This document shows positions 62,439-64,000 of a stretch of 64,000 bases of DNA, piece by piece. The stretch lies in contig CP129474.1 of NCBI GenBank assembly GCA_030583765.1, positions 9,709 to 73,708 on the forward strand, written 5' to 3'. This stretch comes from Minisyncoccota bacterium (lineage in GTDB: Bacteria; Patescibacteriota; Minisyncoccia; 2-02-FULL-40-12; GWA2-44-9). The number at the start of each line of letters is the position of its first letter. The first letter of the stretch is position 1. The notes under the pieces are model-generated. The model did not search any database and was not told the DNA's origin. It worked only from the letters and a program-made list of their open reading frames with translations. A program made the translations under genes and the position numbers.

Positions 62439-63463
62439 GCGTCACGGAAGCGAGCTTCCGAAAACAAATTGCCGCGGGCACGAATGCTATCTCGAGTATA
62501 TGTTTTCTGCTCAAAGCGCATAAGGCAAGCTCCCATAGCCTCCGGAATAGGGTCGTCAAAAAATTCCCCGGTTATTCCTTCTTGAATGATCTCTGCGGCA
62601 CCACCCGCACGCAAAGCAAGCACTGGCGTTCCGTGGGCGTGCGCCTCAACAATGGTGAGTCCAAAGTCTTCTTCATTAGGTACAATAAGCGCCGTTGCGT
62701 GCTCCATGTATGCGCTCAGTAAGCGATCATCAACTCGCCCCACGACGTGTACGTTTGGTGGCGCAAGGCGCTTGAGGGTGCGAAAGAGCGGCCCCGTTCC
62801 CACGATGACTAGATCACGCTGTAAGCGTGAAAAGAGCTCAAGGAGCAATGTGACGTTTTTATACGCATAGAGCCGCCCTACAAAGAGATAGAATGGTTTT
62901 GGATGCGGTGATAGAGCACCGGTATGCGCTACGCCAGTAGGAGGATAGATCACCGCTTGCGCCGCTTTGTGATAGTAGGTCTGAATGCGTGTTGCCGCAG
63001 TTTGTGAGATAGCAACCCATTCTGTAATGCGTTGTGCTGCCGCAGAATCCCATACGCGCATCACATGGCGCCAGAGAGAAAATCCCTGCTGTGCGTGTGA
63101 GAGATCCCAGAGCTGGCGTGGCGGGCTCATGCAGTATGAAATATGTCGCGTCGTACGAGGCACGATAATTCCTTTACTGATAAGCCCGCTTACAGAGATA
63201 ACCACGTCATACCCCGTAAAATCGAACGACTCCATAGCGAGCGGCAATAGCGGTGCAATGAGTGGGCGTATGCGCAGGAAAGAAGGGATAGCACCAATAA
63301 AACTTTCGCGGATAGTTGCGCGCGGAAAAGCTTCGCGCACGCGAGATGTATCTGCATACGCAGTGTATATAGGAGCGTCGGGCCAGATGCGATGTAACGC
63401 ACGCACTAATTCTTCTGATCCCGATACCGATGTGATCCAGTCGGTTACGAGTGCTATCTTCAT
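62417..63463 (-). CDS. Family 4 (GT-B) glycosyltransferase.
   Basis: VGRLYAYKNVTLL...NEEDFGLTIVEAHAHGTPVLALRAGGAAEII (the E-x7-E region). Confidence 0.75.
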   Translation of the reverse strand: MKIALVTDWITSVSGSEELVRALHRIWPDAPIYTAYADTSRVREAFPRATIRESFIGAIPSFLRIRPLIAPLLPLAMESFDFTGYDVVISVSGLISKGIIVPRTTRHISYCMSPPRQLWDLSHAQQGFSLWRHVMRVWDSAAAQRITEWVAISQTAATRIQTYYHKAAQAVIYPPTGVAHTGALSPHPKPFYLFVGRLYAYKNVTLLLELFSRLQRDLVIVGTGPLFRTLKRLAPPNVHVVGRVDDRLLSAYMEHATALIVPNEEDFGLTIVEAHAHGTPVLALRAGGAAEIIQEGITGEFFDDPIPEAMGACLMRFEQKTYTRDSIRARGNLFSEARFRDAWRSLIS

Positions 63464-64000
63464 GAACGTTTCGCGATAACGTTTTTCTTATAGACGTCGA
63501 GATTTTCGAGCACGATGCCCGTACCACGTGCCACGCAAAAGAGTGGGTCATCTGCAATGTGCGCTGGCACGCCAGTCACTTTGGTAATGAGTTGGTCAAT
63601 GTTACGCAGCAGTGCACCGCCACCAGAAATAGTGATGCCACGGTCCATAATATCGGAGCAGAGTTCAGGCGGCGTCACCTCAAGTACTTCTTTAATGATC
63701 TGGATGACTTCGCGCAGGCTTTCGCTCAGCGCATCAGTCAGCTCATTGGCTCCAATCTCAATCGTTTTAGGAAGACCGGATGTAAGATCGCGCCCCTTAA
63801 TCGTGATCTTCTCTTCATTCGCCTGTTTGATGGCGCTGCCGATCGCGATTTTCATGAGTTCAGCGGTGCGTTCTCCGATCGCAAGTGCGTGGCGCTTTTT
63901 GATGTACTCAACAATTGCGAGATCAAACTTATTTCCACCAATGCGCACCGAAGACGCGCTCACGATGCCGCCGAGTGAAATCACTGCGAGCTCTGTGGTG
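63460..64000 (-). CDS. mreB: Rod-shape-determining protein MreB, 3'-partial in the window. The N-terminus lies beyond the right edge; the frame is open to base 64000.
   Basis: ...TTELAVISLGGIVSASSVRIGGNKFDLAIVEYIKK...ITISGGGALLRNIDQLITKVTGVPAHIADDPLFCVARG matches the MreB C-terminal half. Confidence 0.85.
   Translation of the reverse strand, partial: TTELAVISLGGIVSASSVRIGGNKFDLAIVEYIKKRHALAIGERTAELMKIAIGSAIKQANEEKITIKGRDLTSGLPKTIEIGANELTDALSESLREVIQIIKEVLEVTPPELCSDIMDRGITISGGGALLRNIDQLITKVTGVPAHIADDPLFCVARGTGIVLENLDVYKKNVIAKRS

Overview
This window is a compact bacterial chromosomal segment. Its gene content and scrambled ribosomal-protein context suggest, by inference only, a small-genome Patescibacteria/CPR-like organism.

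The first ~13.3 kb is one 5'-truncated giant gene: its reading frame is open from the window edge and encodes more than 4,400 aa. The protein is built from GNVGIGTxxP/AKLDV-type fibre-like repeat modules. It contains several families of near-identical tandem DNA repeats (453, 477 and 480 bp units), a non-repetitive C-terminal domain and a Pro/Thr-rich 58-aa x2 tail. Directly downstream sits a Wzy_C/O-antigen-ligase-like + TPR membrane protein that is translationally coupled to mltG.

The rest is mostly housekeeping:
- rplJ-rplL, preceded by a structured leader/attenuator.
- A truncated dcw cluster (mraZ-rsmH-ftsL-ftsI-murF).
- rplU, and rpmA 26 kb away from it.
- recR, dnaB, cysS, an NRAMP transporter, and a TlpA-like thioredoxin + CcdA pair.
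- A heat-shock locus: hrcA with a perfect CIRCE, grpE, hsp20, dnaK, and a short dnaJ.
- efp-fmt-def-priA, gltX, an M23 peptidase, NDH-2, rplI, ctpA.
- A cell-envelope glycan cluster (GT2, LCP, GT2, Wzy_C-like, a GT2-GT4 fusion, GT4) ending in a partial mreB.

The accessory-looking spots are:
- Two tRNAs (Val-CAC, Glu-CUC), each followed 160-185 bp downstream by a direct repeat of its own 3' end (att-scar-like).
- Behind the tRNA-Val scar, a micro-operon of two tiny transmembrane peptides flanking a Zn-ribbon protein.
- A translationally coupled two-nuclease pair (DEDDy exonuclease + RecB-family PD-(D/E)xK nuclease) flanked by membrane proteins, one carrying an Ada-type Zn domain.
- A large near-perfect inverted repeat with a structured loop upstream of dnaK.
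- Two overlapping Zn-ribbon ORFs after rplU.

No CRISPR array, rRNA or recognisable transposase was seen.
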